A DNA stretch of 64,000 bases, from positions 35,860 through 99,859 of the forward strand of contig WRBQ01000002.1 in NCBI GenBank assembly GCA_009784445.1, written 5' to 3'. The number at the start of each line of letters is the position of its first letter. The first letter of the stretch is position 1. The DNA comes from Oscillospiraceae bacterium (GTDB lineage: Bacteria; Bacillota; Clostridia; Oscillospirales; Acutalibacteraceae). The position numbers were made by a program, and so were the translations under genes. The notes beneath the pieces were generated by a model. The model did not search any database. It saw only the letters and a list, made by a program, of their open reading frames with translations, and was not told the DNA's origin. This document shows positions 55,270 through 64,000 of the stretch, one piece after another.

Positions 55270-56109
55270 TTGTCTAACAACTGGGTTATCTCAAACTTAG
55301 AAAACGCCCTTGACACATGGAACCGTTATCTTGCGGAAATCTGGGATTTACTGTTGCAAAACCCGCAGGACTTTCGCGGCGGCGGGATATGGGCAGTGAT
55401 TGTCAATATCCACGATGCGCTCATGGCCGTGGGACTTGGGTTGCTGGTGCTGTTTTTTGCCATGGGGCTGGCCAAAACGTGCAGCAATTTTGCCGATGTC
55501 AAACGCCCTGAAGTCGCGCTCAAAATGTTCATCCGCTTTGTGCTGGCGAAGTTAGCTGTCACGCGCGGGCTTGAATTGCTGCTGATGGTATTCAATATCG
55601 CGCAGGGCATGGTGGGCACGGTCATTCAACGCGCAGGCATCAGCGGCAGTGACAACGCTGTGTTGCCGGATGAAATTATCTCGGCCATCAACAACACCAA
55701 CTTCCTCAATAGCATCCCGCTTTGGGCGGTGACATTGATTGGTGGACTGTTTATTACCGTGCTGTCGTTCGTCATGATTCTCACTGTGTACGGGAGATTT
55801 TTCAAAATCTTCTTATACACGGCCATCGCACCAATCCCACTATCCGCATTTGCTGGCGAGAGCACGCAAAGCATCGGTACGAGCTTCATGAAAAGCTATG
55901 CTGCTGTGTGTTTGGAGGGGCTTATCATCGTGCTGGGGGTCATCATCTTCACGCTATTTGCCTCCGCGCCGCCTGCCGTTGATGCCTCCGACCCTGCCGT
56001 TACGCAGGTTTGGACGTATGTTGGGGGCTTGGTCTTCAACATGCTCATTTTGGTCGGCGCGGTGAAGATGGCGGATAAGGTCGTCAAGGAAATGTTCTTT
56101 GGCGGGTAA
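55270..56109 (+). CDS. VirB6/TrbL-like polytopic T4SS membrane protein
   Basis: TTG start follows AAGGAGG. It has 5-6 predicted TM helices, and its position and size are typical. Confidence 0.72.
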   Translation: MSNNWVISNLENALDTWNRYLAEIWDLLLQNPQDFRGGGIWAVIVNIHDALMAVGLGLLVLFFAMGLAKTCSNFADVKRPEVALKMFIRFVLAKLAVTRGLELLLMVFNIAQGMVGTVIQRAGISGSDNAVLPDEIISAINNTNFLNSIPLWAVTLIGGLFITVLSFVMILTVYGRFFKIFLYTAIAPIPLSAFAGESTQSIGTSFMKSYAAVCLEGLIIVLGVIIFTLFASAPPAVDASDPAVTQVWTYVGGLVFNMLILVGAVKMADKVVKEMFFGG

Positions 56110-56127
56110 AATGAAAGGAGAAAATTC

Positions 56128-56439
56128 ATGGAGATTAAGATCAACAAAGAAATCCGCGATTACACGGAAAGCGTGTTTTTCGGTCTATCGTTGCGGCAAT
56201 TCGCCTGTGCGTTGGCGGCTGTGGGTGCAGCGGTTGGCTGCTTTTTCGGTCTGCGCAACATTGTGGGCACAGATGTCGTCACATGGCTTTGCTTGTTTGC
56301 CGCCGCACCATTTGCGGCATTGGGCTTCGTCAAGTACAACGGCATGACCGCCGAACAACTCGCGATGGCGTGGCTGCGCTCGGAATGGTTTTTGCGCAAG
56401 CCATTGCCGTATTTGAAAGGAGGTGCCATGCATGATTAA
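56128..56439 (+). CDS. PrgI-family (VirB3-like) small membrane protein
   Basis: AAGGAG lies before the ATG. ...FFGLSLRQF... plus two TM helices, immediately upstream of virB4. Confidence 0.7.
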   Translation: MEIKINKEIRDYTESVFFGLSLRQFACALAAVGAAVGCFFGLRNIVGTDVVTWLCLFAAAPFAALGFVKYNGMTAEQLAMAWLRSEWFLRKPLPYLKGGAMHD

Positions 56440-58708
56440 AACCCTCGAAAAGCAAAACGAGCGAGATAACAAACGTGAGAAGTCGCCCAAGACCGCACAG
56501 GAAGTTCTGCCCATTCACACTGCCTATGACGACGGCATCTTCCTGCTGGGCAAGCAGAAGTATGCACAGACATGGCGTTTCACCGACATCAATTACGCCA
56601 TCGCTTCACGTGAGGACAAGGAAAGTTTTTTTCTGCGCTACAGCGACATCCTCAACTCCTGCGACATTGGCACAGTGACAAAGCTGACGATCATCCTGCG
56701 GCGCATGAACAGCTTGGACATCGAAAACGGCATACTCATTCCGTATCAAAATGATGATTTGGACGAGTATCGCCGCGAGTACAACGACTTTCTGCTGCAA
56801 AAGGCGGAAGATGCTAATTGCATGGTGCGTGAGTTGTATATCACTGTTACGGCGGACAAAGAAAGCCTTGACGAAGCCCGCACTTACTTTGCCCGCGTGG
56901 GCACAGAACTTACCGCCAACTTTGCCCGGCTGGATGCCAAGGTTGTGCCCGTGAACGGCGAAGAAAAGCTGCGCTTGCTGCATGATTTCTTCCGACCCGG
57001 CGAAGATTTTGCTGTGCCCGCTGATCCGCGTGACATCGCCCCTGCATCTTTTCAGTTCACAAAAGACCATTTCAAAATGGGCAACCGCTTTGGCCGTGCT
57101 TTGTTTCTCAAAGATTATGCTGCTTATCTGAAAGACCGCTTTCTTGCCGACCTGACCGACCGTGGGTGCAACTTGGTGTTGAGCATAGACATCATCCCTG
57201 TGCCCACGGATGAAGCGGTGAAGGAAGTCGAAAAGCGCAGGCTCGGTATTGAAACGAACATCGCAAACTACCAGCGCAAGCAGAACATAGCGAATAATTT
57301 CAGTGCTGTGTTGCCCTATGAAATGGAGTTGCAGCGCCAAGAGGCAAAGGAGTTCCAAGATGATTTGCTCAACCGTGACCAGCGGATGTTCTTTTCAAAC
57401 GTAACGTTGATGCATACGGCGGATAGCTTGAGTGAACTCAACAACGACACCGAGGGTATCCTCGCCACTGGGCGCAAACATACTTGCCAGCTTGCCCCGC
57501 TGAAATTCCAGCAGATGGATGGCTTGCTCACGGCATTGCCCATCGGGGTGCGCTATTTAACGGCACTGCGCACGTTGACCACGGAAAGCCTTGCTGTTCT
57601 CATGCCGTTTTGGGTACAGGAAATCCAAGACAGCGGCGGCGTGTACTTTGGGGATAATGCCATCAGCCGCAATCTCATCCTGTGCAACAAGGCCAAGCTG
57701 CAAAACCCAAATGCCTTTTTGCTGGGCATACCGGGCAGCGGCAAAAGCTTTTCTGCCAAAGAACTGATTGTGTTCCTCGCACTCGCAACGCAAGATGACA
57801 TTCTCGTGTGTGACCCGGAACGGGAATACGCGGCTTTGATTGAAGCGATGGGCGGCGAGGTCATTCGCATTGCAGCAGGCAGCAAAGACCACATCAATGC
57901 CCTTGACATGGCTGACGGCTATTCCGACGGTGACCCGATTGCCGAGAAGTCGGAGTTTATTCTATCACTGTTTGAGCAGCTGGACGATGCGGGCATTACA
58001 GGCAAACAACGGTCTCTGCTTGACCGCTGCTTGAGTGATGTTTATACCAAGTTCAAGCGCAAAAAGCGCCAGCCAACGCTCAAAGACCTGCGCGCTGAAT
58101 TGCTCGCGCAACCCGAACCCGATGCACATGAGCTTGCACTATCCCTCGAACTATTCACCAATGGCAGCTTGGATGTCTTTGCCCATGAAACGAATGTTGA
58201 TACCAAAAACCGCATGATTGTCTATGACATTTTCGGCTTGGGCAAGCAACTCAAGGCGATGGGTTTGCTGGTTGTCACCGATGCCATTCTCAATCGTGTG
58301 ACGGAGAATTGGCGGCAGGGCAAACGCACGCATATCTTTATTGATGAGTTCCATGTTTTATTTGAGAATGAGCACAGTGGTGAGTTCTTCAACTCGGCTT
58401 GGCGGCAATTCCGTAAGCGCAATGCATTCCCCACGGCTATTACGCAAAATGTCGAGTATTTGCTGGATTCTGTCCTTGCGAGTACGATGCTATCAAACTC
58501 GGAGTTCATTGTCATGCTCAACCAAGCCGCCAGTGACCGCGAGAACCTGGCCAAGCTGCTCAACATTTCGCCAGAGCAGATGTCGTATATAACCAACGCC
58601 GAGCCAGGACATGGGCTGATACGTTATGGTAGGGCGCTTGTGCCGTTCAAAAATGAGTTTCCCCGTGGTCGCTTATATGATTTAATGAGTACCAAGCCCG
58701 GGGATTAA
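56432..58708 (+). CDS. virB4: VirB4-family T4SS ATPase
   Basis: ATG 56432 lies 9 nt after AAGGAGG; the track start at 56423 is a GTG inside the RBS. Walker A is GIPGSGKS and Walker B is IFIDEFH. Confidence 0.9.
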   Translation: MIKTLEKQNERDNKREKSPKTAQEVLPIHTAYDDGIFLLGKQKYAQTWRFTDINYAIASREDKESFFLRYSDILNSCDIGTVTKLTIILRRMNSLDIENGILIPYQNDDLDEYRREYNDFLLQKAEDANCMVRELYITVTADKESLDEARTYFARVGTELTANFARLDAKVVPVNGEEKLRLLHDFFRPGEDFAVPADPRDIAPASFQFTKDHFKMGNRFGRALFLKDYAAYLKDRFLADLTDRGCNLVLSIDIIPVPTDEAVKEVEKRRLGIETNIANYQRKQNIANNFSAVLPYEMELQRQEAKEFQDDLLNRDQRMFFSNVTLMHTADSLSELNNDTEGILATGRKHTCQLAPLKFQQMDGLLTALPIGVRYLTALRTLTTESLAVLMPFWVQEIQDSGGVYFGDNAISRNLILCNKAKLQNPNAFLLGIPGSGKSFSAKELIVFLALATQDDILVCDPEREYAALIEAMGGEVIRIAAGSKDHINALDMADGYSDGDPIAEKSEFILSLFEQLDDAGITGKQRSLLDRCLSDVYTKFKRKKRQPTLKDLRAELLAQPEPDAHELALSLELFTNGSLDVFAHETNVDTKNRMIVYDIFGLGKQLKAMGLLVVTDAILNRVTENWRQGKRTHIFIDEFHVLFENEHSGEFFNSAWRQFRKRNAFPTAITQNVEYLLDSVLASTMLSNSEFIVMLNQAASDRENLAKLLNISPEQMSYITNAEPGHGLIRYGRALVPFKNEFPRGRLYDLMSTKPGD

Positions 58709-58766
58709 GTTGTCCTATATATAATGAAAAGGCTGTTGCTTTCGGGCAGCAGCCTTTGGAGGTGTT

Positions 58767-60344
58767 ATGTCGAAACCAATCAAGACCCGTGAAGTCGTGC
58801 GGGATGTAAAAACGCGTGCGACCCATGTTGGTGCACAGATGAAACAGGCGGCGCTTAAAACCAAGGATGCCGCCGCCAAGCAGGTGGAGCAAGCGAAAGA
58901 ACAATATGCCGAGGATGTAGTGGAAGAAAAGGCGCAGTCTGCAACGCAGGATGTAGCGCAAAGAGCGAGTGCACAAGGCCAAAGGGCTGCAAAACAGGTA
59001 TATGCCAAAGCAAAGAAAAAGACCCAACCGCGCGGCAAAACTAAGCTGGACAAGCCTATTTCTGTTGCTGAAACTGGCAAGTCAAAGCTCAAACAAAAAA
59101 CCAAGCACGTGCGCCCTAAGCAAAAACCGGGGCGAGTGATTGGGCGCAAGAAACCTGTCAAAGCTATGCAGCAATCTGCGAAAAAGGCAACGCAAGTGGC
59201 CAAGTCTGCGAAGAAAACCAAGTTGACTGCGCAACGTGCCAAACGTGCGGTGCAGCATTCGGCAAGTGCAACTAAGAAGCTCGTCAAAGCCGTTTGGAAG
59301 ACCGTCAAGGTGACCTACAAGACCATCAAGTGGACGGTTGTTGCCATTGTCGCAGGCGGCTGGGTGGCAGTGATTATTGTCATCATTTTGGTGTTGATAG
59401 GCGCATTGCTTGCTTCGCCCTTTGGTATATTCTTTTCGCGGGGCAGTGGTGGCGATGGCGCACAGGAGGTTTTCCTGCCGCAGGTGGTGCAGCAGCTTGG
59501 TCAAGAGCATCATGAGCGCATGGAGGAAGTGCAACAAAACAATACGCATGATGAGCTTGTGCTGGAGGGTAATATCTCGATTGACTGGCCGCAGGTTCTT
59601 GCCGTTTATGCGGTGATGGTCACCAGTGACCCGCAAAACCCACTCGATGTTGTGACCATTGATGATGAGCGCGTTGAACGCCTGCGGGATATTCTCAATG
59701 CAATGCACAGTTTTACTTACCGTGTGGAACATCAAGAAGATAGCACAAAGCTTATTATCCACATCACGCAAAAGAGTGCATCAGCGATGGCACAGACGCA
59801 TAATTTCAATGCAGAGCAAAGAGCCATGTTAGACGAACTACTCAGCGATGAATTTGCCGATCTATGGGCAGAACTGCTCGTCGGTTTTCGACCGGGTGGC
59901 GGTGAGATATTGCAGTCAGACCCATCATGGCAGGGCACAGGGATATTTGCATGGCCGGTGCAGGCTGGCTTTCGCATTACCTCCGGCTTTGGCTGGCGCA
60001 CGCATCCCATCAGTGGTGAGCGTGACCACCACAGTGGCATCGACATTGGCGCACCGACCAACACGCCTATCCTCGCCATGGCCAATGGCATCGTCACCGT
60101 TGCCAATGCCACGGACAGCTGGGGCGGAGGCTACGGTTTCTTCATTCGCATTGACCATGGTGGGGGCTACGAAACGCTGTATGCCCACGCAATTGCGATT
60201 GGGGTTCGTGTGGGCGAGGAAGTCGAACAGGGGCAGGTCATTGGCTGGGTTGGCTCCACAGGCAACTCCACTGGGCCGCACCTGCACTTTGAAGTCATTC
60301 GGAATGGTACACGCGTGAATCCCATGGAGTATTTTAGGCAGTGA
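58767..60344 (+). CDS. M23-family peptidoglycan hydrolase with a Lys-rich N-terminus and a TM helix
   Basis: HSGIDIGAP (HxxxD) and GPHLHFEV (HxH). GGAGGTG lies before the ATG. Confidence 0.88.
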   Translation: MSKPIKTREVVRDVKTRATHVGAQMKQAALKTKDAAAKQVEQAKEQYAEDVVEEKAQSATQDVAQRASAQGQRAAKQVYAKAKKKTQPRGKTKLDKPISVAETGKSKLKQKTKHVRPKQKPGRVIGRKKPVKAMQQSAKKATQVAKSAKKTKLTAQRAKRAVQHSASATKKLVKAVWKTVKVTYKTIKWTVVAIVAGGWVAVIIVIILVLIGALLASPFGIFFSRGSGGDGAQEVFLPQVVQQLGQEHHERMEEVQQNNTHDELVLEGNISIDWPQVLAVYAVMVTSDPQNPLDVVTIDDERVERLRDILNAMHSFTYRVEHQEDSTKLIIHITQKSASAMAQTHNFNAEQRAMLDELLSDEFADLWAELLVGFRPGGGEILQSDPSWQGTGIFAWPVQAGFRITSGFGWRTHPISGERDHHSGIDIGAPTNTPILAMANGIVTVANATDSWGGGYGFFIRIDHGGGYETLYAHAIAIGVRVGEEVEQGQVIGWVGSTGNSTGPHLHFEVIRNGTRVNPMEYFRQ

Positions 60345-60406
60345 GGTATAATGAAACAAATGGCCTCGGCTGCGCGCCGAGGTCATTGTATAAAGGGGGT
60401 AACAAG

Positions 60407-61018
60407 ATGAAACTATTTGGGTATGTTCGAGTGAGCGATGCCAGCCAAAACGAAAGCCGTCAACTTATCTCGATGCAAGAACAAGGTGTGCCATCTAAAC
60501 ACATATATATGGATAAACAGTCCGGCAAAGATTTTGAGCGTAAGGCCTATCAGGCACTGCTCAAACGCTTACAACCCGGTGATTGTGTTTTTCTGCACAG
60601 CCTTGATAGACTTGGGCGTGATTACGTGGCCATATTAGAACAATGGCGGATTATAACCAAAGAAAAGGGCGCGGATATTATGGTGCTGGATATGCCATTG
60701 CTTGATACCCGTGAAAAAGAGCGCGACCTAACTGGGCGATTGATTGCAGATATTGTGTTGCAGCTGCTCAGTTATTGCGCACAAAAAGAGCGCGAAAGTA
60801 TCCGTCAACGCCAAGCCGAGGGCATTGCGGCGGCAAAACTGCGCGGTGTGCGCTTTGGCAGGCCGAGTGCAAAACTTCCCGCAAACTTCGGTGAGCTGGT
60901 GCACCAATGGGAGTGCGGGGCATTACCCTTTGAGGAAATACTCGCACAGTGCAAAATGAGCCGCTCGACGTTTTACAAACATCTCGCCATTTGGCGCATC
61001 CAACAGGATAATCAATAG
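60407..61018 (+). CDS. Small serine recombinase (resolvase/invertase type, 203 aa)
   Basis: MKLFGYVRVSDASQNESRQ holds the catalytic Ser region, and the C-terminal HTH is CKMSRSTFYKHL. The size matches Hin/Gin/resolvase proteins, not large serine integrases. Confidence 0.88.
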   Translation: MKLFGYVRVSDASQNESRQLISMQEQGVPSKHIYMDKQSGKDFERKAYQALLKRLQPGDCVFLHSLDRLGRDYVAILEQWRIITKEKGADIMVLDMPLLDTREKERDLTGRLIADIVLQLLSYCAQKERESIRQRQAEGIAAAKLRGVRFGRPSAKLPANFGELVHQWECGALPFEEILAQCKMSRSTFYKHLAIWRIQQDNQ

Positions 61019-61055
61019 CAGTCCGTATTGGTGTACTTTTATGGACTGCTTTGTT
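61018..61055 (+). terminator. Possible terminator after the recombinase gene
   Basis: GCAGTCC (61018-61024) pairs with GGACTGC (61043-61049) across an 18-nt loop, followed by TTTGTT. Confidence 0.4.
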
Positions 61056-61066
61056 AATAGCAGCAC

Positions 61067-61085
61067 ATCACACAACAGGAAGAAC
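61067..61085. repeat. Left inverted repeat of the candidate invertible segment
   Basis: ATCAcacAACAGGAAGAAC. The 12-bp core at 61074-61085 is perfectly complementary to 61391-61402. Confidence 0.55.
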
Positions 61086-61251
61086 TGCTAGGCTTTTTGT
61101 GCGTTTTCTTCCGAAAACGTCGTTTATTTCACCCAATACTTAGGCAAATTTCTGCGCTCATAACCTTTCCGCAATTGTACACTTTTGCAGAAAACTTCTG
61201 CTTCTCACCATGAATAATTGGAATATTTATGTAAAAAGTTTGTTGAAACTA

Positions 61252-61280
61252 TTGACAATGAATGGCTGATAATGTATAAT
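61252..61280 (+). promoter_or_regulatory. Consensus promoter facing the RHS-like ORF
   Basis: TTGACA (61252-61257), 17-nt spacer, TGtTATAAT (to 61280). Confidence 0.7.
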
Positions 61281-61390
61281 TATATGAAATAGTGTTAGGT
61301 TTTTGAATTAAATGATGTAAAACATTAACTCCTTGACAAGGGATTTTTTGGGGGATGTTTGAGCCGTAGCCCATGGTTGCATTTTACAGG

Positions 61391-61409
61391 GTTCTTCCTG
61401 TTTGATGAT
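61391..61409. repeat. Right inverted repeat of the candidate invertible segment
   Basis: GTTCTTCCTGTTtgaTGAT. The core at 61391-61402 is the reverse complement of 61074-61085. Confidence 0.55.
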
Positions 61410-61441
61410 ATAAAAACAGCATTGGTGTTGAGGAGAGAATT

Positions 61442-64000
61442 ATGAGATTTAAGAAGTATTTCATCCGTCCATTGTCTATTGTTTTGGCAATGGTTTTGTT
61501 GGTGCAATCCGCGCCCCTGCATGGTTTCGTGCCTGTGCGTGCGTTTGTGTTCCCCGTGACTACGTTGGACGAGCTGCCGGGAACACCAGAGATGCCCACA
61601 CAAGTGTCGCGTCACGTGAGCGAAGTGATGGAGCTGCGTACAGCAGACTCGCGCCATTTCCGCAACGAAGACGGCACGTATACAGCGTATGTATATCCGG
61701 ACATCATCCATTTTGAGGATAGCTATGGAAACTGGATAGAGATAGACAACACCTTGGTACGTCAGGGCGATTTTTATATTCCCCGGGCGAGTGGAATGGA
61801 CGTGCAGTTTCCCGCTGTGCTGGGTGAACAGGGTATTCGTATGCATACAGGTCGACATGGATTTTCGTTGGGTGTGCCGGGCGCGAATAGCGAAGCGATT
61901 GTGCCGGATTTGAATGTTGTGCAAGAGATTATGCTGGCGTATCTGATGCAAGGCATTGGTTTGGAAGATATCAATGTTGCTGACATTGACCTAGAAGCGC
62001 TTGTGGATTTCCCAGCGAAACTACTTAACCGAGAAATGGCCGCAGTGCGCAATTTGCAGTCGGTGGTATATTATTTGGACGTTTGGCCGGGCGCACACTT
62101 GGAATATATTTTGTCGCCGGAAGGCATTAAAGAGAACATCATCGTGATGCAACCCAAAGCGCAGTATGTCTACGAGTTTTCGCTGAATCTGTACAACCTG
62201 ATTGCGGTGCAGCGCAACGAGCGTGTGATTGTGCTTTACTGCGAGGTGATGGGCAGAGCACAAATGGTGATTGAAGCGCCGTATGCGAGAGACGCAGCAG
62301 GCGTGCAGAATTTTGAAGCACTGACGATTTCTTTGGATGAAAATACGCTAACATTGACAGCCTGCTCGGATTGGATGAATGCCCCGGAGCGGGAATTTCC
62401 TGTTGTGTTGGACCCTACATATATTTCTGTGGCGGATACTAGCCGGATTATGTGGCTGGATGTGCATGAGCGCGGCGGTCAACGGTCGGGTCTGTTTGAC
62501 TTTAACATGGAAGTTGGCACTAGCTCCCTGCAATTTATGGATCATACTTTGTTCCCGCAAACTAGCCGTGGATACTTGCAGTTTCCGATGCCTCGCATGC
62601 CGCAAGATGCGGTGCCGATAAATGCAACACTGATCTTGGATGATGATGCAAGTCCTTGGTGGTTAAACCTAGTCAACTGGCTGGTAATGCTTGCCGGACC
62701 AATTATTCGTGTGTTGCTCGCTGGTGTGGACGTGGCCACAGGCGGGATTAGTTTAATTTTGCTTAATCAGCTGTGGAGTTTTATTGCTTCGTTGCCAGCA
62801 CGGATTTTCAATGCTGTTTTGGGGGCCGCTGGCGGCCCGCCATCGCGGGACTATGAGGTGAATCTTCGCGCAGAAATGGTGTTGGAACAATGGTCTCCCG
62901 CGCGCAATGATGTGACAGGAGCCTTGGTTGAAGCAACCGGCGGTCCGGCAAGAATGACTTGGGATAACCAGCCCGCCACCACGGGTATCGCTTTGGCATT
63001 GGGTGAACCCCTTGAACCCGATGACAGCAGCGGCTGGATGCGGGCATTGCAAGGCTTTGGTCAAGGTCAAATTCCATTCTCAGGGCAGTATTCGTTTGAC
63101 ATTACGGATGCAGTGCGGCATTGGGCAGAAGTGGGTGAGCAATATAACTTCGGCATTATGTTGCGTGCGGATGATGAGAGTCTCAACTCGGAAAATATGC
63201 TCAACTTTGCCATGGGTTCAATTGCAACAAGTATACCGATAGACTTGAGCAGCGTGGTAGGCTTCTTCGCGAATGTAGCTTATTGGGTGGTTGGACAAAT
63301 GTTGCCATCTGAAGGCACGCCAGGTACGTTGCTAAACGCAGCATATATGGTATTTGGTATGCTCAGCGATACAATCGGCGCAGGTTTTTCGATTCCTATC
63401 TTGGTCAACAATCTGACCTCTGATCCAATTGTAGCGATTACGTATATTTCCACAACAGGTTTGCAGCCATTCTTCAGTTATGAGACAGTGAATATGGGTC
63501 GTGCAGGCACGGCACACGTGAATCACTTCACAGGCGGACTGACCGTTACCCACCCCACGGTGCAGCTGGACGGCGAACGCATGCCGGTTGGGCTTTCGCA
63601 TGTGTATATGAGCAACCACGACAGTGCGCCGGGGCAAGTTTGGAATATGAACTTAGGCGTGGGTTTCCGACTCAATGTGATGGAAATGATAAAGCCCGCG
63701 AACTATTACGAACAATTTAATTTCATGGCACTGGTATTTGAGTTCATTGACCGTATGGGGCAGTGGATATTCCCCGACGCGTTTGAGAACGAGAACGCGG
63801 TTTGGGAATGGATACGTGATAATGTTGGTGATTACTTCAATAATCCAACGCAATACTATATGTTTATGGATGGCACCGGAGGGATGCACCGTTTTGTGCA
63901 GGACACCGAAGATGAAGGGCGTTTTACATTTGTTAAGCAAACAAATCCAACGATAACGATGCGGCGTGCAGGCGGCGGACCTCTCTTCCCGGAGCGCATT
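61442..64000 (+). CDS. N-terminal 853 aa of a large secreted RHS/YD-repeat-type (polymorphic toxin-like) protein with a DNRLRE-like domain; continues beyond the window
   Basis: This ORF is not in the supplied track because it has no stop in the window. I translated frame 2 by hand from ATG 61442 (GGAG at 61432-61435) to base 64000 and found no stop codon. Features seen are a signal-like N-terminus, then TWDNQP ... FDITDAVRHWAE...NFGIML (DNRLRE-like). The RHS-type entry motif GTAHVNHFTGGLTVTHPTVQLDGERMPVGLSHVYMS follows. Confidence 0.8.
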   Translation, partial: MRFKKYFIRPLSIVLAMVLLVQSAPLHGFVPVRAFVFPVTTLDELPGTPEMPTQVSRHVSEVMELRTADSRHFRNEDGTYTAYVYPDIIHFEDSYGNWIEIDNTLVRQGDFYIPRASGMDVQFPAVLGEQGIRMHTGRHGFSLGVPGANSEAIVPDLNVVQEIMLAYLMQGIGLEDINVADIDLEALVDFPAKLLNREMAAVRNLQSVVYYLDVWPGAHLEYILSPEGIKENIIVMQPKAQYVYEFSLNLYNLIAVQRNERVIVLYCEVMGRAQMVIEAPYARDAAGVQNFEALTISLDENTLTLTACSDWMNAPEREFPVVLDPTYISVADTSRIMWLDVHERGGQRSGLFDFNMEVGTSSLQFMDHTLFPQTSRGYLQFPMPRMPQDAVPINATLILDDDASPWWLNLVNWLVMLAGPIIRVLLAGVDVATGGISLILLNQLWSFIASLPARIFNAVLGAAGGPPSRDYEVNLRAEMVLEQWSPARNDVTGALVEATGGPARMTWDNQPATTGIALALGEPLEPDDSSGWMRALQGFGQGQIPFSGQYSFDITDAVRHWAEVGEQYNFGIMLRADDESLNSENMLNFAMGSIATSIPIDLSSVVGFFANVAYWVVGQMLPSEGTPGTLLNAAYMVFGMLSDTIGAGFSIPILVNNLTSDPIVAITYISTTGLQPFFSYETVNMGRAGTAHVNHFTGGLTVTHPTVQLDGERMPVGLSHVYMSNHDSAPGQVWNMNLGVGFRLNVMEMIKPANYYEQFNFMALVFEFIDRMGQWIFPDAFENENAVWEWIRDNVGDYFNNPTQYYMFMDGTGGMHRFVQDTEDEGRFTFVKQTNPTITMRRAGGGPLFPERI

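Larger units (their letters stand above)
29770..61018 (+). mobile_element. Conjugative element (ICE or integrated conjugative plasmid) with a Gram-positive type IV secretion module; boundaries not defined
   Basis: A contiguous, almost unidirectional block. It runs ParA, ParB, adhesin, ArdC/methylase/helicase, Toprim, MobC, relaxase, PcfB, T4CP, Maff2, VirB6-like, PrgI-like, VirB4, M23 hydrolase and serine recombinase. No flanking direct repeats could be established by eye. Confidence 0.7.

Noticed and set aside
1-64000. A search by eye for CRISPR arrays, tRNA and rRNA genes, IS elements with terminal inverted repeats, and transposases
   Set aside because: I found no regularly spaced direct repeats, no cloverleaf-like or rRNA-like segments, and no transposase-like ORFs. 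tRNAscan, Infernal or ISfinder runs would be needed to exclude them formally.

Overview
Moderately GC-rich Gram-positive, Clostridia-like DNA, judged from the T-box leader, sporulation-type cell-wall genes, Gram-positive T4SS genes and AGGAGG ribosome-binding sites. All calls come from reading the sequence and ORF track by eye; no searches were run.

Three blocks:
(1) 1-29.7 kb, chromosomal. It holds a 2,558-aa repeat-rich surface protein with unusual Cys/Asp/Glu-rich inserts and a coupled lipoprotein. It also holds a flavoprotein, metA, a transporter+GH2 pair, a Na/Pi cotransporter, queA, a small 20-Cys protein, a D-Ala-D-Ala carboxypeptidase and a complete trpEGDCFBA operon behind a Trp T-box leader. 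A SleC-like peptidoglycan-binding protein closes the block.
(2) About 29.8-61.0 kb, a conjugative element. It carries ParA/ParB, a thioester/Cna-B LPXTG-type adhesin and a giant ArdC-N/methylase/SNF2 helicase protein. It also carries a Toprim protein, MobC+relaxase, PcfB, a coupling protein, Maff2, VirB6-like, PrgI-like and VirB4 proteins, an M23 hydrolase and a small serine recombinase. The cargo is a HipA-like kinase, a YdeI-like protein, an AP2-domain protein and a Y-family polymerase.
(3) 61.0-64.0 kb. An AT-rich interval holds a consensus promoter bracketed by inverted repeats. It is followed by a long ORF (61442 to the window end) that is absent from the ORF track and looks like the N-terminus of an RHS/YD-type polymorphic toxin.

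Most notable observations:
- A candidate invertible promoter next to the serine recombinase, upstream of the RHS-like gene.
- A complete TnpV-like ORF with its own Shine-Dalgarno nested in the +1 frame inside the giant ICE protein.
- A +1 frame break splitting that protein's helicase.
- The Cys-rich proteins and a duplicated 3'-end/terminator module.
- 17-bp inverted repeats flanking the carboxypeptidase gene.

No rRNA, tRNA or CRISPR array was recognised.
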